Shown one piece after another: positions 33,901 to 44,647 of a stretch of 64,000 nucleotides of DNA (positions are counted from its first letter, which is position 1; each line of letters opens with the position of its first letter). The notes beneath the pieces are model-generated. The model was given only the letters and a program-made list of their open reading frames with translations, did no database searches and was not told the origin of the DNA. The position numbers and the translations under genes are program-made. Source of the stretch: a virus; the IMG/VR virus record IMGVR_UViG_3300044609_000988, positions 1 through 64,000 of that record; one strand, written 5' to 3'.

Positions 33901-36900
33901 CATTTGCTGCTCAACTACCATTTGGCACACAAAGATTTACTTCTTACTCAGAACAAAACTTCCTAATTACAGTTATTGATAGAGGAAGTTCAACTCTAGT
34001 TTCTAATGGAGATATTCTTTATATTGATCCAAGCTATGTTAATGTCGAAACTTCATCAGATACTACAAGTGGCTTGACTGCTGGTAGTGTTATAATTACA
34101 TTACCAAATAATTTCTTTGGCAATTTAACTTCAAACTTCCCTAAGTTAAAACTGTCGGCAACTATTGAAGTTACCAAAGCCAAGCCAAGATTAAAGACAG
34201 CAATCAAAAATAAGAGAATTGTAGTTACATCTAGTGGCGATAGAGTTATTCCTCTGCGTGGTCAGGATTATGATACAGAAGAAGTAGAAATTTTCTCTTA
34301 TTCTGATGCATATAAGCTAAAATATGTTTATGAAGGATCTTCAACAAATCCACCAAAAGTAGATACAAATGGCAATTTGATCTCTGGAACAGATGTAACA
34401 AATAGATTTACATTCGATGATGGTCAACGTGACACTCATTATGATGTATCCAGAATAATTTTAAAGCCTGGATTTGAAGCTCCAGTAGGTCAACTAGTTA
34501 TTGGTTTTGACTATTTTGAGCATTCCCAAGGTGATTTCTGCACAGTAGATTCTTATCTACACGAAGCTGGTGTTGGTTCGGAAGAAATTCCATCATTCAA
34601 TTCTTCTGTGTATGGAATTACTTCTCTAAAAGATGTAATTGATTTTAGACCAAAAGCTGATAACGATACTATTATTTCTGGATTCCAAGATAAGACTTTA
34701 CTTTCGCAACAAGATTATATTAAATTCTCTGGTCCTGGTGGCATTATAGCAGGATCTCCTGCATCAGATTTTAACTTAGAATACACATTCTCTTTCAGTG
34801 AAACACAATATCTCGATAGAATTGACGGAGTATTTTTAGATAAGAAAGGACAATTTATTATCAAAGAAGGTAATTCTTCATTAAATCCATCTAAGCCAGA
34901 AATTATTGATGACGCTATTGCTTTATACTATCTCTATATTCCTGCATATACAGACAGCAATAAAGATGTGAGAATTATTCCTGTCGATAACAAGCGTTAC
35001 ACTATGCGTGATATCGGCAAATTAGAAAAGCGTATTGAAAGATTAGAATATTATACTCTTCTCAGCGTATTGGAGCAACAAGCTTTAAATATGCAAATTA
35101 AGGATGAAATTGGTCTTGATAGATTTAAGAGCGGTTTTGTTGTAGATAATTTCGAAACTCATCGCATTGGTAATCTTCAATCTATTGATTATAAGTGCTC
35201 TATTGATACACAACAATCAGTACTAAGACCACAGGTAAAAGAAGACAACTTTACTCTCAAGGAAGTTTATACCAGAGTAGATGAAAGACAAAATGCTGGT
35301 TATCAAAAAACTGGCGATGTTGTCACACTACCATACACTAATGTAAGATTGCTGGGCAATAATTTTGCAACCAAGACTGTTAGCCCAAATCCATTTGTTG
35401 TTCTACAATATGTTGGTGATGCTAATATTAGCCCATCAGTAGATCAATGGTACAACACTGATGTAGTTCCTTTAATTACTGACACAAATACAAATTTATT
35501 CACTATTTTCCTGGCTAAAGCAGATTCCAGAGATTCATTTGCTAGTTTCTACAATTCATTTGTAGTTAACTGGGTAGGTTATAATAGAAATTTCTACAAT
35601 ATTGCTTCTCTATCAAATATTAATTCACAACAAGCATCTTCTAATGTAGAAATTGCTTCTGTTGCTAGTACTTCTAACATCAGCCCTTTCAATAACGAAA
35701 CTGCTAAAGGAGTAACAACAAAAACTACGAATGATAACTCAGTCATTTCTTCTATTCAATTCTTTGCTAGAAGTATTCCCGTTAAATTTAATCTAACCAG
35801 ATTAAAGCCACAGACACAAATTTATGTGTTTATGGAAGGAATTGATATTAACCGTTGGGCGATTCCTGATATTAGATATACTGGTATTGCTGGTAATTCA
35901 CCATCATCTTTCAATGCTCCAATTGTTACAGATGAAAATGGTAACGCAAGTGGCATTATTCTAATTCCTGCTGGCAAGCCACCAAGAGAAAATACTTCTT
36001 GGACAGGTAATGTTCAGACAGTAATTTATGATGATACTGCTTCTGATGTTTATATCACTTCAGGTATAAAAACTATTAGATTTACTTCCAGTTCAACCAA
36101 TGAAGTAAAAGATAAGGTAGATACTTACACAGAAACTAAATTCTATTCTTCTGGAACACTACCCGAAAATCCAGCTAGTATCATTTCAACTCTACCAGCA
36201 TACTTTAAAGCTAATGAAGGTGTTCAATTAGTAGATCAATCAACTAGCAATAAAGAAAAACCAAATCCATTAACACAAACATTTACTGTAGAAAATTTCG
36301 ATGGTGGTGTTTTTGTAACTGGTCTTGATTTGTACTTCAATAAAAAGAGTGACAATATCCCAGTTAGAGTTTACTTGACTAATGTTGATGTTGGAAAGCC
36401 TGGCAAATATATTATTCCAGGAACAGAATCAGCACTATTACCAAATACATACTTAAAAGTTTTTGCTAGTGGTAATTTGACTATCACTGTTGGCGAAAAA
36501 GTAAAAGGCAAGAGTTCTGGTGCCGAAGGTCCAATTTTAAAGGTATACGATAAAAATAATATTGAAGTTCTAGCTTCAACGATTGGAGAAATTTCTCTCA
36601 GCAATGAACAAGTATATACTCTTGTTTTAAGTAATCACAATGGCATTTCTTTCCAACAAAATGAAGCATTAGAAGTTCCTTCGGTTATTTTATACAATAA
36701 TAAAACTGCTCAAAATCTAGGACTAACAATTGCCAAAGATTCTGGAAAGGTCGTAGATCTTAAAATTAAGAACGTTGGTATCAATTATCAAAGTGCTATT
36801 CTCACGATTGAAAGTCCTCAACTACCTGGCGGCAGTACTGCTACAGGAACAGTTGATGTATCAAACGGCAAGATTTACAACACCGAAATTTCTATTGGTG

Positions 36901-39029
36901 GAAATGGATATACAGAACCACCTTCAGTAGTTATTCGTGGAACAGGAACTGGTGCAAGTGGAGCAGTAATTGAGTCTGTTATAGAAATTGATACCCCAGC
37001 AGTTCGCATGGGTATTGCAATCGATACTGCTGGAACTACGGCATCAACAATCCCAACTAGATTTAATTTTGAACATCCTGTATATTTACAGAATGATACT
37101 GAATATGCTTTAGCTATCGAAACAGATTCAACTGATTATAAGTTATGGGCATCTAGATTAACTGAAACTGAAGTAGCTACAGGAGCTGCAGTTACTGCAC
37201 AACCTTTACTCGGTTCCGTTTACAAATCACAGAATACTGATAACTGGACACAAGATTTATTTGAAGATATTAAATTTACTTTATATCGTGCTGAGTTTGA
37301 TATTAGCAGAAGTGCAGAACTTTTACTCACCAACGAAAATCCTGGTTATGAAAAATTAGAATTGGATCCGATTGAAACGTATGCTTTAGCCAATACTAAT
37401 GCAACTTCCCCATTATTCAAGAATAATAATTCCATCGTCAAAGTAAGACATAGAGATAATGGTTTTGAAACTTCGGGCAAATCATATGTATTCTTCAAAT
37501 CACTGAAGAATGTTGGTGGATTTAATGGTAGTGTTTTAAATTCTACTTTATTCAAAGTTTCTAACACAGGTCTAGACTATTACAATATTGTTGGTCCTAC
37601 TAGAGCAAGTTCCAACTCTGTTGGTGGCGGAGAAGAAGGATTGGTTTCTTATAATAGAAAGTTTGAAAAATTATATGCTCATATCAATTATATCCAAGCA
37701 CCAAATACCAAGATTGATAGTTTTGTAAAAACAACTAATATCATCCCAATTGATTCAAATACCCTAAATTATACTTCTTATTCACAATCTAATTTTGAAA
37801 AGACATTTATTAACGAAGAGCAATTCTTCACAAATCAAAAAATAATTGCTTCCCGCATCAATGAAATTTTAAATTCTGTAGATAGATCACTAACATACAA
37901 GATGCAGTTATCATCAACTGTATCATATCTATCACCTGTAATTGATCTTCGTGTTGCCTCAGTCAAAACCTCAACAAATCGAGTAGAAAATGCTGCTGGC
38001 AAAGAGCCTAGATTTGGCAAGAGATATCAAATTTTATCTTTCTTACCAATCTATCGTTTTACAATTAATGGAACTAGCCAGAATATTGAAATAAATCAAA
38101 CTATTGAAGGACTAACATCTGGTGCTAAAGGTAAAATAGTTAGAACTGAAGGTCAATCTGTTTGGGTAAAAGTTACTTCGCCATCAACCTTTACACAGCA
38201 AGAGTATGTATTCCTTTCTACTCAGTCGCAAGAAGGTGGTATTCTAGAAGGAATTGATATTTCAATTGCTAACAATAGCATTGTTCAGCAATCATTTAGT
38301 TTTGATATTGGTTCTACCGTTGTTGCATTTAATCCAAGTGCTACAAACGAAAAATATGACAACAAAATTAGTGGCAAAGTTGTTAATTGGGATTCTGCTT
38401 CCAGACAGTTAATTATAGAAAATGACAAAGCTCCAATCAATGCTGATTATGTAAGCAAGATTACTTTGGGTAGTGACTTCTCAAGAGAGCCTGATTCTGA
38501 TAATCAATCCCCAGATATTTTCCGTATTGGTGATATTCTTTATTATGATGGAATTGCTTTCGGAACAGAAGAATTTGTTGAGGTAGGTTCTATGGAATTT
38601 ACTAATGGCATTGATTTTGTTTCTGAAAGGGCATCAAACAATAGTTCTTCAGTTGCAAAATATGTAACTAAAGAAATCGCAATTAATCAACCAGGAACAT
38701 CTGTTGATGTGAGATTAACTTTAAATATCAAAGATATAGAAAATATTAAAGTTCTATACAAGATAAAGGAATCTTCCAGTCAAGTTAATTTCACTGATAT
38801 TGAATGGAATTACTTTAATATTGATGGCAATCCAGATAATAATGATTTGGCAACTTATTCAAACTCTATATCAGGTCAAATTGAAAATCAATCTGCATAT
38901 CAAGAATTGAAATATAGTGCCGCCAATTTATCTGAATTTAATTCATTTGCAATTAAAATTGTTATGAAGACAGATGATCCAGCTTATGTTCCGAAGATTC
39001 AAGATGTTCGTGCAGTTGCTTCTTATTGA
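30933..39029 (+). CDS. large virion structural protein (DUF4815/VrlC-like)
   Basis: MPQKTNLNVSPYYDDF...FY.VLF.PG..IQ.RELT.LQSILQNQIE; APGA.R; LARRTYDESGDY; RYTMRDIG.LEKRI..LEYYT. Confidence 0.88.
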   Translation: MPQKTNLNVSPYYDDFDAKKNFYKVLFRPGYSIQTRELTSLQSILQNQIESYGKFQFKQGDLVVPGEVGLNTRLDYVKLSSVSEVAVNVDGNIVFQKYDIKKLIGQQVQGITSGVVANVLAAEYSSSTESDTLFVKYTTSGNSGDELTFRQGETLEIINGVNTPLLVVGTDGSALPTSIKITDPDTNQSSFKESPAMGFASAVKVEEGIYFINGYFVRNNEQLLVINKYYNEPSLIVGFDIEENIIAPEQDASLYDNSKGFSNSTAPGAHRLTINLKLKTYEYGAQTDKNFIQLLSIKSGVVQKQIKQADYTLLESTLARRTYDESGDYVVDNFSLEVREYYQKNNNFGIFTKDSNNLVNGLSESEASSKLLASVGPGKAYVRGYEIVNGETKYLPINKSRDTITRDNITLKTQGLAEFKVTNVYGTIPLNDEGADATAYPTVFLNSVFNDGTIGLNDLESASNQKQTISRRSEGFEIGYGIKTIYISVSSLTNPIQTINDSNFDSVLNDLWFIKTRTGTTPSTIDSVRPIAYSKVNRPDLAADVALLELTIYGKKDLLSLFLKEYDEQSASKLRDVFLSQADAFANQNKFGSVVDYSEVITPVIGLAKPKNFSLVERGNGFNQDTDIVISRGRLNDGTASYNSTFKFNYFNPVFFTRLLLDSTVPESNISSQQFTPGKYIKGLQSGAYGVVEGSLTEFYSYGNTLFVKTLSGTFQPGESITDENGNILRIAKENTISHFIVAKRGAGFVNPTVTIDGVSYDNSKVKVFTEGSSVYRIDVLDRDSVSAEYSTPPIVVVNSAEATVSTCIVEPVLYRDTVYTYSPQNVKSFFAEYGSAKNNKFTADIEVNKTAYTDTTPITDFSFTGFAGDKYIECNGFGGDPTKLLTQGDLILFADDEGRTNRMIVQYTTKPEGSKKARIYLDYALPANAINVSVVRLRPQISNFNTSLIFPTGSSQVSSLIKDSADSKFKYYVRRDFITTGSSSGGSVTFAAQLPFGTQRFTSYSEQNFLITVIDRGSSTLVSNGDILYIDPSYVNVETSSDTTSGLTAGSVIITLPNNFFGNLTSNFPKLKLSATIEVTKAKPRLKTAIKNKRIVVTSSGDRVIPLRGQDYDTEEVEIFSYSDAYKLKYVYEGSSTNPPKVDTNGNLISGTDVTNRFTFDDGQRDTHYDVSRIILKPGFEAPVGQLVIGFDYFEHSQGDFCTVDSYLHEAGVGSEEIPSFNSSVYGITSLKDVIDFRPKADNDTIISGFQDKTLLSQQDYIKFSGPGGIIAGSPASDFNLEYTFSFSETQYLDRIDGVFLDKKGQFIIKEGNSSLNPSKPEIIDDAIALYYLYIPAYTDSNKDVRIIPVDNKRYTMRDIGKLEKRIERLEYYTLLSVLEQQALNMQIKDEIGLDRFKSGFVVDNFETHRIGNLQSIDYKCSIDTQQSVLRPQVKEDNFTLKEVYTRVDERQNAGYQKTGDVVTLPYTNVRLLGNNFATKTVSPNPFVVLQYVGDANISPSVDQWYNTDVVPLITDTNTNLFTIFLAKADSRDSFASFYNSFVVNWVGYNRNFYNIASLSNINSQQASSNVEIASVASTSNISPFNNETAKGVTTKTTNDNSVISSIQFFARSIPVKFNLTRLKPQTQIYVFMEGIDINRWAIPDIRYTGIAGNSPSSFNAPIVTDENGNASGIILIPAGKPPRENTSWTGNVQTVIYDDTASDVYITSGIKTIRFTSSSTNEVKDKVDTYTETKFYSSGTLPENPASIISTLPAYFKANEGVQLVDQSTSNKEKPNPLTQTFTVENFDGGVFVTGLDLYFNKKSDNIPVRVYLTNVDVGKPGKYIIPGTESALLPNTYLKVFASGNLTITVGEKVKGKSSGAEGPILKVYDKNNIEVLASTIGEISLSNEQVYTLVLSNHNGISFQQNEALEVPSVILYNNKTAQNLGLTIAKDSGKVVDLKIKNVGINYQSAILTIESPQLPGGSTATGTVDVSNGKIYNTEISIGGNGYTEPPSVVIRGTGTGASGAVIESVIEIDTPAVRMGIAIDTAGTTASTIPTRFNFEHPVYLQNDTEYALAIETDSTDYKLWASRLTETEVATGAAVTAQPLLGSVYKSQNTDNWTQDLFEDIKFTLYRAEFDISRSAELLLTNENPGYEKLELDPIETYALANTNATSPLFKNNNSIVKVRHRDNGFETSGKSYVFFKSLKNVGGFNGSVLNSTLFKVSNTGLDYYNIVGPTRASSNSVGGGEEGLVSYNRKFEKLYAHINYIQAPNTKIDSFVKTTNIIPIDSNTLNYTSYSQSNFEKTFINEEQFFTNQKIIASRINEILNSVDRSLTYKMQLSSTVSYLSPVIDLRVASVKTSTNRVENAAGKEPRFGKRYQILSFLPIYRFTINGTSQNIEINQTIEGLTSGAKGKIVRTEGQSVWVKVTSPSTFTQQEYVFLSTQSQEGGILEGIDISIANNSIVQQSFSFDIGSTVVAFNPSATNEKYDNKISGKVVNWDSASRQLIIENDKAPINADYVSKITLGSDFSREPDSDNQSPDIFRIGDILYYDGIAFGTEEFVEVGSMEFTNGIDFVSERASNNSSSVAKYVTKEIAINQPGTSVDVRLTLNIKDIENIKVLYKIKESSSQVNFTDIEWNYFNIDGNPDNNDLATYSNSISGQIENQSAYQELKYSAANLSEFNSFAIKIVMKTDDPAYVPKIQDVRAVASY

Positions 39030-39235
39030 TGGACAATCGTTATTTAAAAGTTGAAGGCCACGAAAATTTGTATAGAGATTCATCAACGGGGGCTATTGTC
39101 AATACAGACAAACCAGCTCCCAAAAATTTTTCTAAACAATTTACAAATGCTATTGATGACATAAATAGTTTGAAGGAAGAAATATCTGAAATCAAAAGAC
39201 TTCTTAGAGAGATAGTAAGAAATGGCAGTTCTTAG
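39029..39235 (+). CDS. conserved small protein
   Basis: KVEGH..L.RD..TGAIVN plus coiled-coil tail; usual partner of the preceding gene. Confidence 0.85.
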   Translation: MDNRYLKVEGHENLYRDSSTGAIVNTDKPAPKNFSKQFTNAIDDINSLKEEISEIKRLLREIVRNGSS

Positions 39236-42200
39236 ATCCGTTGCTAAAACAGATACATTTGAAATTTTTAGGCAAAAAGTAAACGAAATTGCTGGCGATG
39301 TTTTTAGCATTTCTTCTGGCGGTAGTGACCTATCTACAGGAAATCTTAAGTTGGGAGATGGCACAAGAACTGCCCCAGCATTAGCTTTTGTATCAGATGG
39401 TAGCTTAGGAATTTACAAACCAGCAGCAAAAACTTTTGGATTTGTGAGTGGTGGCAAGAAAATTGCTGATTATTCAGAAGCATCAGTATATACTTTCAAA
39501 GATTTAATTTTACAACAAAATATTTTAAATAATACGGGTATTTCTATAACAAATATTGGTAATAATTATGATGCTGGGGAATATTCTGATGTTAAATTAA
39601 TTGGTGGCACTGGAGATAATGCTACTGCAGATATCACGGTTACTGAATTTTCGGGGAGTATTAATTCAGTTGGAGCAAATTATATTGAAGGTAATTATAG
39701 TGGTATACCAATATCTGGTGGATCTGGCACAGGAGCTGTAGTATCATTTGATATTAATGGAATAGTTGGGAATATTACAGAAGGAGGAACTGGTTATATT
39801 CCAGGAACTTACGACAATATCGAATTAATTAATGGATCTGGCACAGGAGCAGAAGCTAGTATTGTTGTTACTGGAGATACTGTTCTTAGTGGTTCTATCA
39901 CAAATCCTGGTTCTGGATATACTGAAGGAGTATATAATTTTGTCGGAATTTTAAATAAACCACTCGATACTTTTGCAGTAACTTCAATATCAAATCCAGG
40001 AACTCCCCCACCAAATAATGTTTATCAAATTGACGGAGTAACCCAAGATACATTAACTTTAATTAGAGGAAATACTTATAGATTTGATGTATCAAATTCT
40101 TCTCTTTCTTCATATCCATTAATTTTTAGAGCAATTACTGATGAATTTTTGGCATCTGAAGATTATAATGTAGTCTCAAAAGGAACTATTGGAACTACAG
40201 GAGCATTTATAGATCTTATTATAAAACCAACAGCTTCATTAGGTAATATCAAATATGATTGTTCATCTGATCCAGGAATGGGATCGACAATTACTATTAT
40301 TGATGGAGCTTTAGGACAGTATGGAAGTATTGCAACTGCCACGGCAACAGTAAATTCTTCTGGTTTAGTATCTGATTTTGAAATTACTTCTTTTGGTTCT
40401 GATTACAAACAAACTGACGTATTACAAGTTTATTTTGGTGAAGTTGGAGGGACTGGTTCTGGGTTTGAATATACAATAGGATCTCCTTCTTATACTGGCG
40501 TAGTATCTGAAATTACTATCACAAATAACGGCATTAATTATTTAAAAAATAATGTTTTATCAATAAATTCTCTAGATGTTGGTGGCGAAGGATCTGGATT
40601 TGAATTTACAATAACGTCAGATCCTGGAATAGTATCAAATCTACAATTCAGCTCTAAAGGCTCTGGGTATCAAATCGAAGATATTCTTGAATTACCAGAA
40701 GAAATAACAAATATACAAACAAATTTAAATTCTCAAGTTTCGGGATTATCTACTACACTAAGTAATTCATCTACATTAGTTACCGTATCATCCACAAATG
40801 GTATTGTTGCTGGGATGACTGTTTTAACAGATATTTTAACCAGTGTTGGCGAACTTCCTATAGGAACAACTGTTCTTTCAGTAAATAGTTTAACTCAAAT
40901 AACATTATCCCAATTGCCTTCCACTTCAGGAACAGCAACTTTAAATTTTGTTTCGCCAGGACAACTTGACGAAATACAATTAGTTTCGGTTGAAAATATT
41001 ATAGTTGGTTCTACTGTAACACAAACAGCTGGTTCGGGACAATTAGATATAGATACCACAGTAACAGAAATTGACACAGAAACAAATATAATTACTCTAT
41101 CATCTCAGCCAGTAAAAGCAGGATCAGCAACTTTAACTTTTTCGCCTCCATTTGGAATTCCTGCAAATAAATTTGAATACGAAATTTCAAATTTAGGTAG
41201 TATTGAAGAATTTACTATTACTGCTGGAGGAAATGGATATTCGTTGGGAGATGTATTAACTGTAAACAACAAAGATTTAACACAGCCAATTGTATTTTCA
41301 GTAATTAATAAAAATTTACAAACAATTACTTTTGTTAATTCTATTTCAAGTGCAGTTTTTTCTGTTGGAGATACTATTACATTAACGGGAGGATCTTTAA
41401 TTCCTGTTATTTCCACAATTTATAGTATAAAATCTTCTGGGGGATTTATACAAAGTATATTAGTAGATTCTGGAAATTATGAATCAGGAGATATTATAAC
41501 TGGAGAATCAATAACAACTTCAAATTATGAAATAAATACTGCTTCTTCTACACAATATAGATATTTTATTGATACTGGTTCTGGTTACGAATTAACTCCA
41601 AATTTAACTCTATATGTAGGAAACACTTATAACTTTAATTTATCTGATAGTTCAAATTCTTCTCATATATTTTCATTAAGTAAATTTAGAGATGGCATTT
41701 GGGGACCTAGTTTAATTGAAAATATAACAACTACATTATCTACATCTTCTGCAACAATTATCGTAAATGATACTACTGGCATTTTGCCAGGAATGGAAGT
41801 TTCAGTTACTGATGGTGATGGGGTATTGGAGCTAGCAACTAAAGTATTGCAAGTTAATAATGTATCAAACTCAATACTGTTAGATAAAGCGCCAAGTTTC
41901 TCTGGTGCAGTAACATTAACATTTAGGGGAACACAATATACCGATGGAGTCGAAAGAGGACAATCCATCTTATCAATTAATGTAACAGAAAATACTCCAA
42001 ATCTTTACTATTATTGTGCTGCTCAAAATAGCACCCATGTTAATGAAGGTGGAGAAGATAACCAAGAAGCTGTTATCACGATCAACCCAAATAATCCAAA
42101 AGTATTTGGTAGTGATTTTTTACTCAGTGTAGATGAATTAACCACAGAAGATGTAATTAGTGGTAATATCGAAACTGGAGAATTTATAGCAGTTTCTTTT

Positions 42201-44081
42201 ACTGGCAATGAAGCAACCTTTGGATCTGCTTCGGTGACAGGAACTTTATCTGCACCATCAATTACAGGAAATGATATTACTGCTACTACAATTACATCTA
42301 CAGGTAATTTAGAATTATCTGGAACGGAAGTAAATGTGACAGGAGATTTTAATATTGGTTCCAATATTCAAGTAGTTTCTTCTAATGGTAATATTACAAC
42401 GTCAGGTATTCTCCAAACCAATGGCAGTTTAAACGTTAATAATATTTTAACGGTTATTGATAATACTATTTCTACTATTACTGGCAGTGATATTGTATTA
42501 GAACCGCCTACAGGAAGAGTAGCAAAAGTAAACACAACAACTGCTATTATAATTCCTTCGGGTAATTCTGCTCAACGACCAGCAGGAGCAGTTGCTCAGA
42601 ATGGAGCAATACGTTTCAATACAGAAACTGGACAATACGAAGGTTACAGTGCTGCTACAACTTCATGGTCATCTCTTGGTGGTGTCAGAGATCTTGATGG
42701 AAATACTTATATTGCTGCCGAAGCATTTACTGGTGCTAATGATAATATTTTATACTTTTTTAATGATACTAATAATACATTAAAACTAACAACATCGTAT
42801 CTTGATTTTAATACGGTAAAGAAACTTCGTTCTTTGAATATTTCTTTACCTACCTTCACTAATTGGTCAGCAAATACTCCAGTTACTCTCGGTTCTTATG
42901 TAAAGTATAGAAATAATCTTTACGAAGTAACTCAAGCAGGCACTACAGGAACTTCGGGTAACGAACCAGTTCATACAACTGGAGTTCAACCAAATGGCAC
43001 AGCACAATTAACTTGGTATATTTCTGCTGTTGCTCCATTAACATTTGAAGAAATTTCGGAACTTCAAGTTGGACCTCTTGGCAATCTCCCACTTATTGTT
43101 AATAGCGATTTAAGATTAGCAGATAATGTTTTATCAACAGATGTTAGTGACCTTATACTCAGACCAAATGCTGGTAAGAAAGTTACCATCGATGCTCAAA
43201 CATCTCTTGTAATTCCTGCTGGAGACAGCAATAATAGAGGTGTTGCTGCACAAGGTTCTATTCGTTATAGCACTACTTTATCTTCGTTTGAAGGTTATAA
43301 CGGAACTAATTGGACAAGTTTAGGTGGCGTAAAAGACGTTGACGGAAATACATATATTATTCCAGAAACTGCTCCTGGTGCTAATGAAAATATTTTATAC
43401 TTCTATAATGATGGCGAAAATACTTTACGCTTATCAAAAACAGCTTTAACTTTCCAGACAATTTCTACAATCTCATCAAATTCAAATACTTTAGCTATCA
43501 ATGCTAATCTAATAACTTTTGATAATTTATCAGCATCAATTGATAACTCAGGAACATCCACATTTATTTCATCCACACAAACTAATTTAGATTTAGGTCT
43601 GTCAGTTGGTCTTACAAATAAACATCTATTGAGATTAAATACCTCTGGAGATATTATTATTAATAGAGGATTTGGTACATCGATAGAAAATAACCTAGTT
43701 GTACTTTCTAATGAATTAAAAGATTTTGAATTGGATGATACTAAACTTTCTACAGCTGATATTAACTTAACTAAAGGAACTACAAATACTGGTTCTACAG
43801 TTCTTTATTCTCCATCTTCTGCCTCAGGAATTAAAGTCGTAGTTTCTGCTGAAAATATCACCACAAATGATGTTGAAATGATCGAATTTACTGTTACTGA
43901 TAAAGGAAGTGATATTTACCATAGTGAATATGGAAATGTTATTACAAATGATAATTTAATTAATATTACTTTTGATTTTAATGCTTCTAATGATGTCAGA
44001 ATGAATTTTGCTTTAGATGCCTCTGTTCAAACTGGCGATGAGGTAAATATTACAGTAGTAAAAACCATTATCAAAAAATAA
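39222..44081 (+). CDS. large tail/baseplate-associated structural protein
   Basis: DTFE.FRQK.N N-terminus, many GxGY repeats, two cupredoxin-like modules, two IP.G....R...G.IR..GGV.D.DGNTYI repeats, one carbohydrate-binding-like motif. Confidence 0.8.
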   Translation: MAVLRSVAKTDTFEIFRQKVNEIAGDVFSISSGGSDLSTGNLKLGDGTRTAPALAFVSDGSLGIYKPAAKTFGFVSGGKKIADYSEASVYTFKDLILQQNILNNTGISITNIGNNYDAGEYSDVKLIGGTGDNATADITVTEFSGSINSVGANYIEGNYSGIPISGGSGTGAVVSFDINGIVGNITEGGTGYIPGTYDNIELINGSGTGAEASIVVTGDTVLSGSITNPGSGYTEGVYNFVGILNKPLDTFAVTSISNPGTPPPNNVYQIDGVTQDTLTLIRGNTYRFDVSNSSLSSYPLIFRAITDEFLASEDYNVVSKGTIGTTGAFIDLIIKPTASLGNIKYDCSSDPGMGSTITIIDGALGQYGSIATATATVNSSGLVSDFEITSFGSDYKQTDVLQVYFGEVGGTGSGFEYTIGSPSYTGVVSEITITNNGINYLKNNVLSINSLDVGGEGSGFEFTITSDPGIVSNLQFSSKGSGYQIEDILELPEEITNIQTNLNSQVSGLSTTLSNSSTLVTVSSTNGIVAGMTVLTDILTSVGELPIGTTVLSVNSLTQITLSQLPSTSGTATLNFVSPGQLDEIQLVSVENIIVGSTVTQTAGSGQLDIDTTVTEIDTETNIITLSSQPVKAGSATLTFSPPFGIPANKFEYEISNLGSIEEFTITAGGNGYSLGDVLTVNNKDLTQPIVFSVINKNLQTITFVNSISSAVFSVGDTITLTGGSLIPVISTIYSIKSSGGFIQSILVDSGNYESGDIITGESITTSNYEINTASSTQYRYFIDTGSGYELTPNLTLYVGNTYNFNLSDSSNSSHIFSLSKFRDGIWGPSLIENITTTLSTSSATIIVNDTTGILPGMEVSVTDGDGVLELATKVLQVNNVSNSILLDKAPSFSGAVTLTFRGTQYTDGVERGQSILSINVTENTPNLYYYCAAQNSTHVNEGGEDNQEAVITINPNNPKVFGSDFLLSVDELTTEDVISGNIETGEFIAVSFTGNEATFGSASVTGTLSAPSITGNDITATTITSTGNLELSGTEVNVTGDFNIGSNIQVVSSNGNITTSGILQTNGSLNVNNILTVIDNTISTITGSDIVLEPPTGRVAKVNTTTAIIIPSGNSAQRPAGAVAQNGAIRFNTETGQYEGYSAATTSWSSLGGVRDLDGNTYIAAEAFTGANDNILYFFNDTNNTLKLTTSYLDFNTVKKLRSLNISLPTFTNWSANTPVTLGSYVKYRNNLYEVTQAGTTGTSGNEPVHTTGVQPNGTAQLTWYISAVAPLTFEEISELQVGPLGNLPLIVNSDLRLADNVLSTDVSDLILRPNAGKKVTIDAQTSLVIPAGDSNNRGVAAQGSIRYSTTLSSFEGYNGTNWTSLGGVKDVDGNTYIIPETAPGANENILYFYNDGENTLRLSKTALTFQTISTISSNSNTLAINANLITFDNLSASIDNSGTSTFISSTQTNLDLGLSVGLTNKHLLRLNTSGDIIINRGFGTSIENNLVVLSNELKDFELDDTKLSTADINLTKGTTNTGSTVLYSPSSASGIKVVVSAENITTNDVEMIEFTVTDKGSDIYHSEYGNVITNDNLINITFDFNASNDVRMNFALDASVQTGDEVNITVVKTIIKK

Positions 44082-44084
44082 ACA

Positions 44085-44594
44085 ATGGCAACTAATTTAA
44101 AACAGTTTGATTCTGTAGGTGGATTTTCAGTAGATAATACTACTGTAATTAATAATTTAAAAGATGTTAAAAACGTCAACACATTAGAGTTAAAAAATAG
44201 CGAATTTTCTGATAGTACAAGAACTCAGTATATTTTACGTGGTACTAATACCGCTATATTAGGTACTGATGCTATTGGATCTCAAATTATTCTTCCATCA
44301 GAAACTATTAGTTTTATCACTGGTCATATTATTGGTGTTAATTCTAGTGGAGGAGGACACCATTCATCAAAAATTGAAAGTGTTGTATCATGTGATGTAG
44401 CTGGAAACGTTCAGGTTCTTTCTGAATTAACTACTATTGTAAAAGATAGTATTCCAGAAAGTCAAAATTGGACAGTAAATACTTATGATGGTGGGGCAGC
44501 TAATAGATTTAGCTATTCTGTTACCAGAGCAGGAACAACAGACACAATTAAGTGGATAGCTACAGTAGATGTGATAAGCATTCTGTGGTTATAA
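44085..44594 (+). CDS. virion structural protein
   Basis: 169-aa beta-rich ORF between large tail genes. Confidence 0.75.
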   Translation: MATNLKQFDSVGGFSVDNTTVINNLKDVKNVNTLELKNSEFSDSTRTQYILRGTNTAILGTDAIGSQIILPSETISFITGHIIGVNSSGGGHHSSKIESVVSCDVAGNVQVLSELTTIVKDSIPESQNWTVNTYDGGAANRFSYSVTRAGTTDTIKWIATVDVISILWL

Positions 44595-44647
44595 TAAACT
44601 AAATATACTAAGGAATAACATCTTCAGAAGCGGAGCAGCACAGCAAA

